Part shown: positions 1 through 10,003 of the stretch, piece by piece
How the letters are laid out: each line of letters opens with the position of its first letter
Numbering within the stretch: the first letter of the stretch is position 1
Assembly (NCBI GenBank): GCA_965249275.1
Contig: CBDFLQ010000007.1
Location: 256,001-320,000, forward strand
Direction of reading: 5' to 3'
DNA: 64,000 nt
DNA from: Dehalococcoidia bacterium
GTDB taxonomy: Bacteria > Chloroflexota > Dehalococcoidia > Plut-88900
Notes under the pieces: generated by a model
What the model was told of the DNA's origin: nothing
Databases searched by the model: none
The model's input: only the letters and a program-made list of their open reading frames with translations
Made by a program: the position numbers and the translations under genes

Positions 1-1
1 C

Positions 2-466
2 ACTCCCATGGAAACCCTCAAGGACCGTGCCGCAACCTATCGCCAGGTTGAGACCGACGCCGGCCTACCCCACAAGCCCGAGTTCATGAAAATTCTCCAG
101 CCCACCTTCGTCTCCGAAACCGTAGCGGAAGCTCAGGAAGCCACCAGGGCCAGCGTCGACCAGTATTTCGACGCTCTGAAAATGAATCTGGACTCTCCTG
201 CAGGCGACAGGATCATAGAAGCCGTCCCCGAGTACAGCCACTTCAAAGAGGCCCGAGACGAGCACTCTCACGAGCAAATCGTGAAAAAGGGCATGGACCT
301 CTACCTCACACCCGACAAGACCACCGAAAGGCTCAACTGGTTCAAGTCGGAGCTCCCCGTCGGCGAGATGCTCCACTGGTTCGAAATGGGCGGCCTCGTC
401 CCCCACGAAAAGATCGTCGACTCCATGAAGCTATTCGCCAGGGAAGTCATCCCCAACTTCCGTTAA
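2..466 (+). CDS. LLM-class (luciferase-like) flavin-dependent oxidoreductase, C-terminal part (5' truncated by window)
   Basis: C-terminal 'GGLVPHEKIVDSMKLFAREVIPNFR' is typical of LLM monooxygenases; frame open from window start. Confidence 0.8.
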   Translation, partial: TPMETLKDRAATYRQVETDAGLPHKPEFMKILQPTFVSETVAEAQEATRASVDQYFDALKMNLDSPAGDRIIEAVPEYSHFKEARDEHSHEQIVKKGMDLYLTPDKTTERLNWFKSELPVGEMLHWFEMGGLVPHEKIVDSMKLFAREVIPNFR

Positions 467-480
467 ATGGAAAGCACCTA

Positions 481-565
481 CCCGCTCGCCCTGTCGCAGA
501 TCCGCCGAGGCGGAAGCCTGCTGAAAGTGCGCCTCTGGAGCATCGAAGGGTTTATCGAACGGGTG
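481..565. repeat. Intergenic REP-like element with nested short hairpins
   Basis: cccgctcgccctg..agcctg..tcgaaggg scaffold interrupted by atccgccgaggcgga (500-514) and gtgcgcctctggagca (527-542). Confidence 0.55.
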
Positions 566-592
566 TCAGCACCTAACGTCCAAAGGCGGTGA

Positions 593-1825
593 TTGACCAT
601 CCTTCAAGACGCCGATAGTTTCAAAGGCAGATGGATCGTCGTCGGCACCCTCACCTCGGGTGTGGCTATGGCCCTATCGTCCATATTCGTCATTGGCCTC
701 CTCCTCCCCGACATAGCCGAGGATCTGGACCTCTCACCGGTCCAGCAAGGCTGGCTCGGTGCCTCCGTAGTTTTCGGAAACCTATTTCTCGCCATTCCTC
801 TTAACCTCTGGCTCTCCAGGTACAGACCTTGGCGCGTGGCCTTCATCACCTTCCTGGGAATCGGCGGCTTCACCCTCCTCCAGGCCTTCGCCCCGAATTT
901 CGCCATCCTGATCATTGGACGCGTTGGCCTTGGCATCAGCTTCATAGCCAATCAGTCCCCAAGAGCCTTGATCATCCAGCAGTGGTCGCCTCCCGGCAAA
1001 GTACAAGTCACCACGGGTGTAGTCTTCGGCGCCATAGATCTCATCATGGGCGTCATCTTCTTCCTGACTCCCGTACTCAACAACGCTCTGGGCGGTTGGC
1101 GTCCCGTTCTTATGGTTTTGGGCGCATTGGGGTTAACCACCGCCGCAGCTTGGACCATCCTTGGAAAAGAAAGAGAGATTGGCGAATACCGAACGAGGCT
1201 GGAGTCCCAGCGGGAAAACCCTTTGCTCTCGGTCCTCAAGTACAAGCAGTTGTGGTTGATGGGTTTGGGCATGTTGGCCGTGTCCGTCGGCGGCTCTGCC
1301 TTCGAACACTTCTGGCCCACCCATGCAGAGGAAGGATTGCTGGTCTCCGATAATGTCCCCGGAGCGGTTTTTGGCATCAGCCTATTCGGCGCTGGCGCGG
1401 CGGTCTACCTCTTCAACGTCATACCCTTCTTCAACAGGTTCCGCACAACTACCCTTGCCCTCTCCGGACTCTCCACCGCCGCCGTCAACGCAGGCCTCCT
1501 GTTCATTACCAACCCAACCTTCCTTATCCTCCTTTCCATCCCCCGAGGCGTGGCAAATCTCTATTTTCCACTGCTAATGATCATGGTCTATCAGCTCCCC
1601 GGCATCCGCCCCCGGGAAGTCGCCGTGGGCATCGCGTTCATGCAGACCTCAATCTGGTTGGGTAATGCCATAGGCCCACTTATCGTGGGATACGTCCAGG
1701 AAGCCTCAGGAGACCTACGCCTCGCCCTATTGTGCATCGCCTTCACTGGCACACTTTTAATGCCCGTCGCCCTAGCCCTCCACGGCCTCCGTGACCCCAG
1801 CGACGAAGACTCTCATAGCAAATGA
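593..1825 (+). CDS. MFS transporter
   Basis: 410 aa with about 12 hydrophobic helices; LLLPDIAEDLDLS..QQGWL N-terminal MFS pattern. Confidence 0.85.
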   Translation: MTILQDADSFKGRWIVVGTLTSGVAMALSSIFVIGLLLPDIAEDLDLSPVQQGWLGASVVFGNLFLAIPLNLWLSRYRPWRVAFITFLGIGGFTLLQAFAPNFAILIIGRVGLGISFIANQSPRALIIQQWSPPGKVQVTTGVVFGAIDLIMGVIFFLTPVLNNALGGWRPVLMVLGALGLTTAAAWTILGKEREIGEYRTRLESQRENPLLSVLKYKQLWLMGLGMLAVSVGGSAFEHFWPTHAEEGLLVSDNVPGAVFGISLFGAGAAVYLFNVIPFFNRFRTTTLALSGLSTAAVNAGLLFITNPTFLILLSIPRGVANLYFPLLMIMVYQLPGIRPREVAVGIAFMQTSIWLGNAIGPLIVGYVQEASGDLRLALLCIAFTGTLLMPVALALHGLRDPSDEDSHSK

Positions 1826-1864
1826 TGCATCGAATGAACACGGAGCCAAATGAGCAGGTCTAGC

Positions 1865-2362
1865 TTACTGCACTGGTCCCTTGCCGATAACTTCCAGGTA
1901 AGCCTCCAGTCGTTCGTGAAGCCACTCCGCCATCGACTCCCAATTTCCACGGGCTCGCGTCTCTACGCGACGATGCGTCACAACCGCGTAATGGTCTGAA
2001 ACTACGCCTACATCAACGCCTAGTTCGCTCCGAATGGGCTCTTCGTAACCCTCAAGATTAGGAAACACATCTTCGAACGGCGCTCCCCAGGGAGACGTGC
2101 AATAGATACCCACTTCCCTTTTAGCAAGATATTGCGACACGACTATTCCGGGGTGCTGCGTGTTGTACCAAGTGTTGCTGCGTGCATAACCTGGGCGTAG
2201 GCCTGCACTGCCCGCATCCTCCGGATAGTTTTCGGCGTAGAATGCCCAGAACTCCCTTCTGAACTCCCCGACCTCGCTGATGGCTTTTGCGGTTCGCCTT
2301 GACAATTGCTTTTCCATGCGCTGGGCTTGGCCCATGTATCCAGCTCGGTGCCAGCGTCCCAC
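1865..2362 (-). CDS. Hypothetical protein, DUF4268-like
   Basis: 'RREFWAFY' N-terminus and 'NWESMAEWLHERLEAY' C-terminus resemble DUF4268; start uncertain. Confidence 0.55.
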   Translation of the reverse strand: MGRWHRAGYMGQAQRMEKQLSRRTAKAISEVGEFRREFWAFYAENYPEDAGSAGLRPGYARSNTWYNTQHPGIVVSQYLAKREVGIYCTSPWGAPFEDVFPNLEGYEEPIRSELGVDVGVVSDHYAVVTHRRVETRARGNWESMAEWLHERLEAYLEVIGKGPVQ

Positions 2363-2385
2363 CCCTCCCCTCCTGGCCCTTTACT

Positions 2386-3993
2386 TCAAACGGCCAAGGC
2401 CATTCCATCGGCGCCCGGGTCCGCCCCGCCCGTCCACACCCCATCGTCTATACGAATCCCGTGCACCCACGCAAAGGCGTAGGACACGGGCCAACGGACC
2501 ACCTCGTACCCCTGCGCCTCCAGTTCCTTGGTTACGAATCTCGGGATCCGGTTGCTCACGTCGATGGGATTGCTCGTCGCAGAGAACCGCGCCGCCGACA
2601 CCGCGTCCGACATCGACATCTCGAAGTCCAGCACGTTCATCAAGACCTGCAATACCCCCATCGTGATCTGCGTGCCGCCCGGCGCTCCTATCACCACGTA
2701 CGGCTCGTCGCCGCGGAAGACTATTGACGGACACATTGACGAAAAGCGGCTTTTGCCTGGCGCTAGACTCCCTGCTCGACCGGGCCGAGGGTCGAACACC
2801 GCCATGCACCCGTTGTACATGAATCCCAGCCCCTCCGTAATTGCGCCTGACGGCATTCCCAGCGAGTGCGTCATGGTGAACAGGTTCCCTTCCTCGTCGG
2901 CCACGCACACCTGTGTCGTGCTCTTGGATTCCACCGCCTCTTTCATCCTCTCCACCACTCCCCTCTCGCCCCTCTCTATCGCCGACGCCAATTCCCGAGC
3001 ATAGTCCTTGGACGTGAGCCGGGACACGGGAACTTCTACAAAGGCAGGGTCCCCGACATGGGCGTCCTTGTCCGCCGTGGCCCGTTTCATCGCCTCGGTT
3101 ACCACCTTCACGTACTCCGCCGAGTTGTGCCCCATTCCCGCAACGTCGAAGTTCTCCAGGATGTTCAGCATCTCCAGCAGCACGACGCCCCCGCCCGGCG
3201 GCTGGTTTGTCGCCACGTCAAAGCCCCGATACGTCCCCCGAAGAGGCTCGCAATGCGTGGTCCGGTATTCAGCCAGGTCTTGCGCCGAAATCAGCCCCCC
3301 ATTTGCATCCATGTCCTCGACTATCCGAGAAGCGATGTCCCCCAAGTAGAAGTCGTCAGGCCCGACCTTGGCCAACTGCTCCAACGTCGCCGTCATGTCC
3401 GGGTTGTCCAGCCGCTCCCCAACCTTCTTCAAAGATCCATCCCCGTTGAAATACACCCGCCTCCCCGTCTCCGTCAGCTTCAGCCGCTCCGAGGGGCTCG
3501 TCCTGCCGAATCGCTCATCGTTCGTCCACCAGTTATACATGTGAGGTCGTACCACAACCCCCTCCTTGGCGTGCGCGATGGCTGGAGCCAGAATCTCCGC
3601 CCATGGCATGCGTCCCCAGGCTTCATGTGCCTCAGCATATGCCTTAAGACTTCCCGGCACCGTGACCGACTGGTATCCGAGGTCATTCGCATTACCCTTA
3701 AGGATGAACCCGAAACCGTCCCGAGCCTCACCCTCGATCAGGTCCTCCCACATGTCGGGTCTCGTGGCCCGTGGCGACTTGCCGTGAAAGTCGATGCACC
3801 TGTGCACCCCCAGGCCCGGCAGATACGCCTGCAGACTCCCGAACCCGGCGATCCCCGTCATCTGAGGGTCCACTACCCCCTGCACGAATGCACACGCTAT
3901 TCCGGCGTCTATGGCGTTGCCGCCCTCTTTCAATACCATGGCCCCGGCTTCTACGGCCTCGGGCTGGGGAGCTACTATCATCCCTCGGGTCAT
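2386..3993 (-). CDS. ggt: Gamma-glutamyltransferase family protein (Ntn hydrolase)
   Basis: GGNAIDAGIA, VTVPG, catalytic Thr in 'STTQVCVAD', SSMCP, GAPGG motifs. Confidence 0.9.
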   Translation of the reverse strand: MTRGMIVAPQPEAVEAGAMVLKEGGNAIDAGIACAFVQGVVDPQMTGIAGFGSLQAYLPGLGVHRCIDFHGKSPRATRPDMWEDLIEGEARDGFGFILKGNANDLGYQSVTVPGSLKAYAEAHEAWGRMPWAEILAPAIAHAKEGVVVRPHMYNWWTNDERFGRTSPSERLKLTETGRRVYFNGDGSLKKVGERLDNPDMTATLEQLAKVGPDDFYLGDIASRIVEDMDANGGLISAQDLAEYRTTHCEPLRGTYRGFDVATNQPPGGGVVLLEMLNILENFDVAGMGHNSAEYVKVVTEAMKRATADKDAHVGDPAFVEVPVSRLTSKDYARELASAIERGERGVVERMKEAVESKSTTQVCVADEEGNLFTMTHSLGMPSGAITEGLGFMYNGCMAVFDPRPGRAGSLAPGKSRFSSMCPSIVFRGDEPYVVIGAPGGTQITMGVLQVLMNVLDFEMSMSDAVSAARFSATSNPIDVSNRIPRFVTKELEAQGYEVVRWPVSYAFAWVHGIRIDDGVWTGGADPGADGMALAV

Positions 3994-4009
3994 TCGAATG
4001 CCTCCATTT

Positions 4010-4468
4010 TCAACTTTGCGCCCACCGAGCTAGGGCCTTCTCCGGCGACGCGATATCTTCTATCGACGTGTAGTAGTAGTCCTGCCACTCTTCTTGCGGG
4101 ATTCCGGTGAACAACATCAGATTTAGGGGATATTCGCCACTGTCGCTCGCGCTCCGGAAGTCGTCTCGGAACAGAAAGGTAGGCTTCTTCAAGGCAATCG
4201 CCATACCCAGTTCCACCATCACTCCCTCATCCGGTGGAACTCCGTTGACCACCGCAAATATCCCATCTGACTCCACAACGTCCAGATAGTCCGCCTGCCC
4301 GATCCTGTACGCCCACCCCGCTGCCGCAAAGTCGACCTGGTTGTTCCGGGCGAAAGGCTCCCAGACGTCCAACCCCAGGCCCTCCAGCACAGCCACCAGC
4401 TCAGGTAATAGCAGCGTCTTCTGCTGTGTTGAAAACCCGTAAGGGTTGGCTAGGTATATCTTCTTCAT
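4010..4468 (-). CDS. Nucleoside 2-deoxyribosyltransferase family protein
   Basis: IYLANP, DYLDVVESDGIFA, PDEGVMVELGMAIAL motifs; ATG at 4468. Confidence 0.85.
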   Translation of the reverse strand: MKKIYLANPYGFSTQQKTLLLPELVAVLEGLGLDVWEPFARNNQVDFAAAGWAYRIGQADYLDVVESDGIFAVVNGVPPDEGVMVELGMAIALKKPTFLFRDDFRSASDSGEYPLNLMLFTGIPQEEWQDYYYTSIEDIASPEKALARWAQS

Positions 4469-4878
4469 CCACGCGCTTCCCGGTCGGCGGCCCTCCATAA
4501 CGAAATCGCCTCGAATATCAGCACTACCAGGACAATGGATATCAGGTAGTCCCACAACGCGAACACAGGGTCCCTGTCCGGGTCCATCTTGGCCATGTAC
4601 TGCAGCAGATATCGGATATCTACCATTGCAACCAGGGCAGTGATCACATCCCTCGGCAATTGGGCCAGGTGGGCTCCACCATTTCTGCGAATCCGCAGGG
4701 AATCGAGCACGTTGGCCAAGACAACCAGCCCGAGCACCGCCATCACCCCCGGGTCGGCAGCGTAGTCGAAGATAACGTGCGCCGCATCCTCATCGAAGAC
4801 AAACACTATCATGGCTGCCAAAAGCAACGCCGCCGCGATAACGCACAGGATCGCCAGTCCCTTTCGCCAAGGCATCAT
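4465..4878 (-). CDS. Hypothetical 4-TM membrane protein
   Basis: Four hydrophobic segments; GGAGG upstream; 4-bp overlap with the next gene. Confidence 0.7.
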   Translation of the reverse strand: MMPWRKGLAILCVIAAALLLAAMIVFVFDEDAAHVIFDYAADPGVMAVLGLVVLANVLDSLRIRRNGGAHLAQLPRDVITALVAMVDIRYLLQYMAKMDPDRDPVFALWDYLISIVLVVLIFEAISLWRAADREARG

Positions 4879-5001
4879 TTCAACCCCTCCTCCCGGGCCC
4901 CCGACACGGGGCCCGTTCTTGAGAATTGAGGCCAGTATAGGGTCTTTACCGCCGCACGAAAAGCAGAAAAGCCTCCCCCTCTCCACCAAACCGCCACAGC
5001 C

Positions 5002-5031
5002 GTGTCATTCCGATGCCCCGCGAGGAATCTA
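5002..5031. repeat. REP-like palindrome (TGTCATTCCG..CGAGGAATCT type)
   Basis: gtgtcattccgatgccccgcgaggaatct; related to gtcattcctgtgaaaacgggaatcca at about 58028. Confidence 0.5.
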
Positions 5032-5277
5032 ACGCGTTGATACCCCACTCTACCTACGCATATCAAAGGCTACGCGACCTTGCGAAGAGACTCGCCCATC
5101 TCCCATATTCGTCATTACTGCGGCATCAAGCTCACGAAGAACAGTCTATCCATTTTCTCAGCAGTCAACTAATATCAATTGTGTCCAGCGCCAACCGTTG
5201 TCAAAACTGAACCCCGCATATCAGGTGCTACACTGTCCCCCGCGTCCCCCCGCCCCACTCCCCAGGAGGTCAAAACT

Positions 5278-7299
5278 TTGCCTGCCCAAGATTCTCTTCA
5301 ACTCCGCCTTCAAATAGACACCCGAGAGACCTTCGGCGAAGGTCTCGAGTTCGGAGATACCGGCTCCTACGAGAAAATTGTCGGCAAAGTCCATTTCGCC
5401 GTAGACCCCGACTCCCCGGCCTACTCCTCTGTCGTAGATATCCAGTACGCCCCCCGCAACCCCGAGGGCCTTGTCGAGTTCTCCACCTCCTTCTTTCTCC
5501 TCAAACCTGCCGACATGTCCCGTGGCAACCGCCGCCTCGTCTACGACGTCAACAACCGCGGTACCAAGCTCCTCGTCCATTTCCTGAATGATGCTCCGCT
5601 TACTGACAACCCGTCCACGCCGGAGCACGCGGGAAACGGCTTTCTAATGAGGCGCGGCTATACAGTCCTCTGGTCGGGCTGGCAGGGAGACATCCTCCCC
5701 AATGAAAACCTCATGTTGATGGACCTGCCGGTCGCCTCCATAAACGGGGCGCCAATCACTGGTCCAGTCCGTGTCGAGTTCTCACCCGGTGACGAAATCA
5801 CCAAGCTGGGTCCCGAGGCAGCCCGCTGTATGCCCCTCAGTGGAAACGCTTATACGAATAGCTACCCCCCTGCCTCCCTGGACACCTCCAATGCCGTCTT
5901 CACTTTTCGAGAGTACGAGACCGACCCCCGAATCCCCTTCCACCCCGACGCCTGGCAATACGCCAAGCTCGATCCATCCGGCAAAATCGTGCCATCCCCC
6001 ACTGACGTCTATCTCCCCCAGGGATTCAAGTCAGGCTGGATATACGAGCTTGTATATATGGCCAAAGACCCACGAGTCATGGGCCTGGGCTTCACCGGCG
6101 TCCGAGACCTGATCTCCTTCTTGATAAACGCCGACACCGATTCGGAAGGCGCTCCGAACCCTGTCCGGGACAACGACGCCGGTATCGAGAAAGCCTACGG
6201 CTGGGGCTGCTCGCAGAGTGCGCGCTTTCTGCGGGAGTTCGTATACCGGGGCTTCAACGAAGACACACACGGCAGGCAGGTCTTCGCCGGTATTTCTCCC
6301 TTCGTGTCGGGCGGAGGCCGGGTATTTGTTAACTATCGATTCTCGCAGCCGGGCCGGTACCCGAGACAGCACTACGACCACCTCTACCCCTCCGACCAGT
6401 TCCCTCACGCCTATCCCGTCACCACCGACCCCCTGACAGGCAGAACCGACGGTATCCTGAAACGTCCTCCCACCGACCCTCTGGTCATTCACACCCAGTC
6501 CGCCTCCGAGTATTGGCAGCGCCGCGGCTCTCTTGTCCACACCGACTCCCTCGGCAACGACTTACCCGACCACGAACGCTCCCGCGTCTACCTCTTCGCC
6601 TCCGCAGAGCACAGCCCCGACCATATCAACGGCCCCATCTACGACCAGTTCAAGCACCCATCCAACCCTCTCAACGTCACTGCCCTACTCCGAGCCATGA
6701 TAGACAACCTTGATGATTGGGTTACGGCTGGCACTCCCCCACCCGACAGCCGTGTCCCCACCCGCGAAGCTGAGACCTGCGTTCCAGCAGAAGTCTCCAA
6801 TTCTCGCTTCCCAGCCATCCCCGGCGTCCAGGCGCCATCTGCCCCAAACCGCCTCTTCGTCCAAGACCATGGCTCCGATTTCGATCAGGGAGTTCTGTCC
6901 GTGGAGCCTCCCATCGAAGACAAGGGCAAAGAATATACGGTGTTGGTCCCACATGTGGATGCCGACGGTAACGACGTCCCCGGTATCAGAGGCCCGGAAC
7001 TCGAGGTCCCGCTTGCAACCTATACCGGCTGGAACTTCAGGCCCCAGGGCGCCGCTGAGAAGGCTATGGCCGCAGTAAACGGCAGCTATCTGCCTTTCGC
7101 CAAGACCCGCGCGGAGCGACTGGAAAAAGGTGATCCCCGCTCTTCCATCGAGGAGCGCTATGGGTCCCGACCCCACTACGTAAAGCTGGTCGCCCTAGCC
7201 TCACAGCGGCTGGTGGAGGAGCGCCTAATCCTGGAAGAGGACGCCGACCGGTTCGTGGAACAGGCGATGGTTGAGCCCGCCTTCGACGAAATAGGCTAG
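5278..7299 (+). CDS. Alpha/beta-hydrolase domain protein (tannase/3HB-oligomer-hydrolase-related)
   Basis: NRG motif, SGWQGD, nucleophile elbow GCSQSARFLR, DADGND..GIR..PLATYTGWN; TTG after AGGAGG at 5278. Confidence 0.8.
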   Translation: MPAQDSLQLRLQIDTRETFGEGLEFGDTGSYEKIVGKVHFAVDPDSPAYSSVVDIQYAPRNPEGLVEFSTSFFLLKPADMSRGNRRLVYDVNNRGTKLLVHFLNDAPLTDNPSTPEHAGNGFLMRRGYTVLWSGWQGDILPNENLMLMDLPVASINGAPITGPVRVEFSPGDEITKLGPEAARCMPLSGNAYTNSYPPASLDTSNAVFTFREYETDPRIPFHPDAWQYAKLDPSGKIVPSPTDVYLPQGFKSGWIYELVYMAKDPRVMGLGFTGVRDLISFLINADTDSEGAPNPVRDNDAGIEKAYGWGCSQSARFLREFVYRGFNEDTHGRQVFAGISPFVSGGGRVFVNYRFSQPGRYPRQHYDHLYPSDQFPHAYPVTTDPLTGRTDGILKRPPTDPLVIHTQSASEYWQRRGSLVHTDSLGNDLPDHERSRVYLFASAEHSPDHINGPIYDQFKHPSNPLNVTALLRAMIDNLDDWVTAGTPPPDSRVPTREAETCVPAEVSNSRFPAIPGVQAPSAPNRLFVQDHGSDFDQGVLSVEPPIEDKGKEYTVLVPHVDADGNDVPGIRGPELEVPLATYTGWNFRPQGAAEKAMAAVNGSYLPFAKTRAERLEKGDPRSSIEERYGSRPHYVKLVALASQRLVEERLILEEDADRFVEQAMVEPAFDEIG

Positions 7300-8270
7300 C
7301 CTACGCTTAATCTGTCCAGCGCCTCGAGCACCGGGGCCAGCTCTTCGGTTGTCTTCGGAGTGGTCGGGTCCAGGCAAATCTGTATGTGAGATATGCCCTC
7401 GCGCTCGTAACGGAGTAATTCCTCGGCTATAGCCTCAGGAGAGCCCGAAAGGGGTTTCAGAGGAGCCTGCCCCGCCAACTGATCGCTCGGAAGGCGGTCC
7501 CACCAGGGGTCGGCATTAGCGTCGGCCATTAGTACGGCGTGGCTGCGCTCCAAAGTGGCCGGGTCCCGACTCTGCTCTCGGCAAGCTTCATCGACAATCG
7601 GGCGCATTCTTTTCGCCCCCTCGACGCTGTTGAGCGTATCATCGTAGTAGGCGTTCCACATATCGGCGTATTTGGCCGTCAAGGCCATCATCCGGGGCCT
7701 GCTCGCCCCCATCAATATCGGCGGCCCCCCCGCCCGAGGCCCCTGCGGACGAAGCTCGCACGCACGTGCGCTGTAAAACTTGCCTTCAAAGTCTACCTGG
7801 CCGTTCTTAAGCAGGCCGTGGACTATCTGGATCGCCTCTTCGAATCGGCTTACCTTGTTGTCGAATGGGAACCCATAGGAATTGTACTCGAACTTGTGGT
7901 ATCCGGACCCGACACCCAGGATCAGCCTGCCATCGCTGATCTCCTCGACAGTGGAGGCCATCTTGGCAAGCAGGGCCGGGTTACGCCAGCCTATAGCCAG
8001 CACCAATGTCCCTAGCTCCACGCGGTTGGTTGTCGCCGCCAACGCCGAGAGGAGTGACCAGACTTCCCACACACCTCGGGCCTGGTCTTCGCCCTCCAGC
8101 AGGTAAATGAGGTGGTCTACAAGCCAAATCGAGTCGAAGCCAACGTCTTCGGCCAGAGCAGCGATTTCCCTGAGCTCTTGCCAATTGCTCATTCCCGGCC
8201 CTCGGAGGCCCTCCGTCTGGGGTAGCATCAAACCGACCTTCAACGTCCTCGAACCGCTTGCAACCGTCAT
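7296..8270 (-). CDS. LLM-class flavin (possibly F420)-dependent oxidoreductase
   Basis: AEDVGFDSIWLVDH, RVELGTLV, RNPALLAKMASTV, GRLILGVGSG motifs. Confidence 0.9.
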   Translation of the reverse strand: MTVASGSRTLKVGLMLPQTEGLRGPGMSNWQELREIAALAEDVGFDSIWLVDHLIYLLEGEDQARGVWEVWSLLSALAATTNRVELGTLVLAIGWRNPALLAKMASTVEEISDGRLILGVGSGYHKFEYNSYGFPFDNKVSRFEEAIQIVHGLLKNGQVDFEGKFYSARACELRPQGPRAGGPPILMGASRPRMMALTAKYADMWNAYYDDTLNSVEGAKRMRPIVDEACREQSRDPATLERSHAVLMADANADPWWDRLPSDQLAGQAPLKPLSGSPEAIAEELLRYEREGISHIQICLDPTTPKTTEELAPVLEALDRLSVG

Positions 8271-8421
8271 GTTTCACTCCTTGGACTATTTTGGGGATCC
8301 ATTCCCCGTATGGTAGTTCACAACCCCTGGCGTACGAAGAAATTATATACTTGTGCGGGCTCCCGGCCACCAGGGTGTGCGATGTTCGGCGTCCCGCCGT
8401 GGCCTTACGTTCATCGGAACA

Positions 8422-8838
8422 ATGTCTTACAACTTCCTCATACTGACTGTCTGCGCTTCTTTGTTCGCCTTGCGCGTGCTTGGGCAAGTATTGGTGGTGA
8501 CCCGAGCCCCCCGTTGGCTTCCTTCCAACAAGCACTGGTACTCAGGGCTTCTGCCCTACAGATTTCTACTGCCGGCACAGTTGCTCTTGCTGGCAATCAT
8601 GATGGCGATAACTCTGGCAGTCTATCGGGATGAGCCATTTTTTGCGACCGACCGCTGGGACCGGGCAGCGCCAATTCTCGCCGTCATTTCCGGGGTCTAC
8701 TTCGTGTCGATGGCCCTCCGCTACGTCCTGACTATGGCGCTGCGCCCCGAGCGAAGGTGGTTCAAACGCACCATCCCGATCTGGTTCCACATGGTCCTGG
8801 CCATTGCTCTTTGGGCATTCGCCGACTACCTGCGGTAG
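8422..8838 (+). CDS. Small 4-TM membrane protein of unknown function
   Basis: Hydrophobic helices with WYSGLLPY and IPIWFHMVLA motifs; 3' end overlaps the FMO gene by 13 bp. Confidence 0.7.
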   Translation: MSYNFLILTVCASLFALRVLGQVLVVTRAPRWLPSNKHWYSGLLPYRFLLPAQLLLLAIMMAITLAVYRDEPFFATDRWDRAAPILAVISGVYFVSMALRYVLTMALRPERRWFKRTIPIWFHMVLAIALWAFADYLR

Positions 8839-9950
8839 TTGCTCTCCGCAATAACTCGTGCCACCCGTTTTGCATCAATGCGAATATTGTAGAGCCCGCC
8901 TCGTCCATCGTAGTTGTGGCCGATGAAATACAGTCCCGAATAGTTTGCGCTGCACACCCTGTCTCTCCGATCGCCGAATCCACACTCATCTCTGGCCCCG
9001 TAAACACCCATCCATTCAATTGCCGCACGATATCCGGTCGCAAGTATCACCTGGTCCCCGACCCACTCGGAACCATCCGAAAAACGGACGCCGCCCTCGG
9101 TCATTTTAGCCACTCCGGGCCTCAACTTTATGCGCCCCGCTTCAATATGTTCCAGGATCCCGCGGCCGATCACGGGGACGTCCGGGCAGTCATCCTTCAT
9201 CTGTTTTCTCGGTAGCCGGGCCGACCCTGGCCTCAGCAAGCCGCCTATCAGCCCCATCCCACCCACAACGCGCCTTTGTGCAGAATTTGGGACACACGAC
9301 ATCATCCAGCCGAAATACTGGGTCGGGATGCCAGCGATGCTCTTAGGGATAACATTGGCCCCCGACCGAATGGATACTGTTACTTCTATTCCAGCTTCAG
9401 CCATCTCCGATGCAATCTCCGACCCCGAGTTCCCGATCCCGACCACCAATGCTCGCCGCCCTGGCCTATCATCGGGCCGCCGATATTCCGTGCTGTGGAA
9501 TATCACCCCTCCATAAGACGACATCCCATCAAAGTCCGGGACCACAGGCGAAGTCATAATGCCGGTGGCAACGATCACGGATCTCGCCGTATATTCGCCC
9601 CGCGTCGTTTCGACGACCCACGCACCGTTGTCCTGTCTCAGTCCGGTCACTTCCGTGCGCTCCCGTAAGGGCAATGCAAACCTGTCCGCGTATCCTGCAA
9701 CGTATGAGGTGAATTCTGAAAGTGTCGGGAACAGGGAAGTTTGGGGCGGGAAGGACATTCCCGGAAGTGCGCTAAGGTGCTTGCCTGTGTGCAACCTCAG
9801 GCCATCGTAGACGTGCCCCCACATCCAGCCTGCATGGCCTCCTCTTTCAAGCACTACGTTGGAAATGCCCCGCATTCCCAGCTGTTGAGAGGTCGCAAGC
9901 CCGGCCGGCCCTCCTCCCACGACGACAGCGTCGAAGCTCTCAACAGGCAT
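8826..9950 (-). CDS. Class B flavin-containing monooxygenase (FMO/YUCCA-like)
   Basis: GGGPAG FAD motif, YDGLRLH, FMO signature YGGVIFHSTEY, GIGNSG NADPH motif, ATGY. Confidence 0.85.
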   Translation of the reverse strand: MPVESFDAVVVGGGPAGLATSQQLGMRGISNVVLERGGHAGWMWGHVYDGLRLHTGKHLSALPGMSFPPQTSLFPTLSEFTSYVAGYADRFALPLRERTEVTGLRQDNGAWVVETTRGEYTARSVIVATGIMTSPVVPDFDGMSSYGGVIFHSTEYRRPDDRPGRRALVVGIGNSGSEIASEMAEAGIEVTVSIRSGANVIPKSIAGIPTQYFGWMMSCVPNSAQRRVVGGMGLIGGLLRPGSARLPRKQMKDDCPDVPVIGRGILEHIEAGRIKLRPGVAKMTEGGVRFSDGSEWVGDQVILATGYRAAIEWMGVYGARDECGFGDRRDRVCSANYSGLYFIGHNYDGRGGLYNIRIDAKRVARVIAESNYRR

Positions 9951-10003
9951 GGTCTTCCTTTACCTCGACGCTTGTCTTCACCCGACTGGAAGCGTCCACA
10001 GGC

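Noticed and set aside
2866-4110. Long antisense ORFs (e.g. 414 aa here, also 11690-12670, 32435-33355, 47190-48098)
   Set aside because: They are shadows of well-supported opposite-strand genes in GC-rich DNA, with no recognisable motifs.
5031-5260. Lower-GC intergenic stretch with a 65-aa ORF
   Set aside because: No recognisable motif or RBS; the ORF begins inside a REP-like palindrome.
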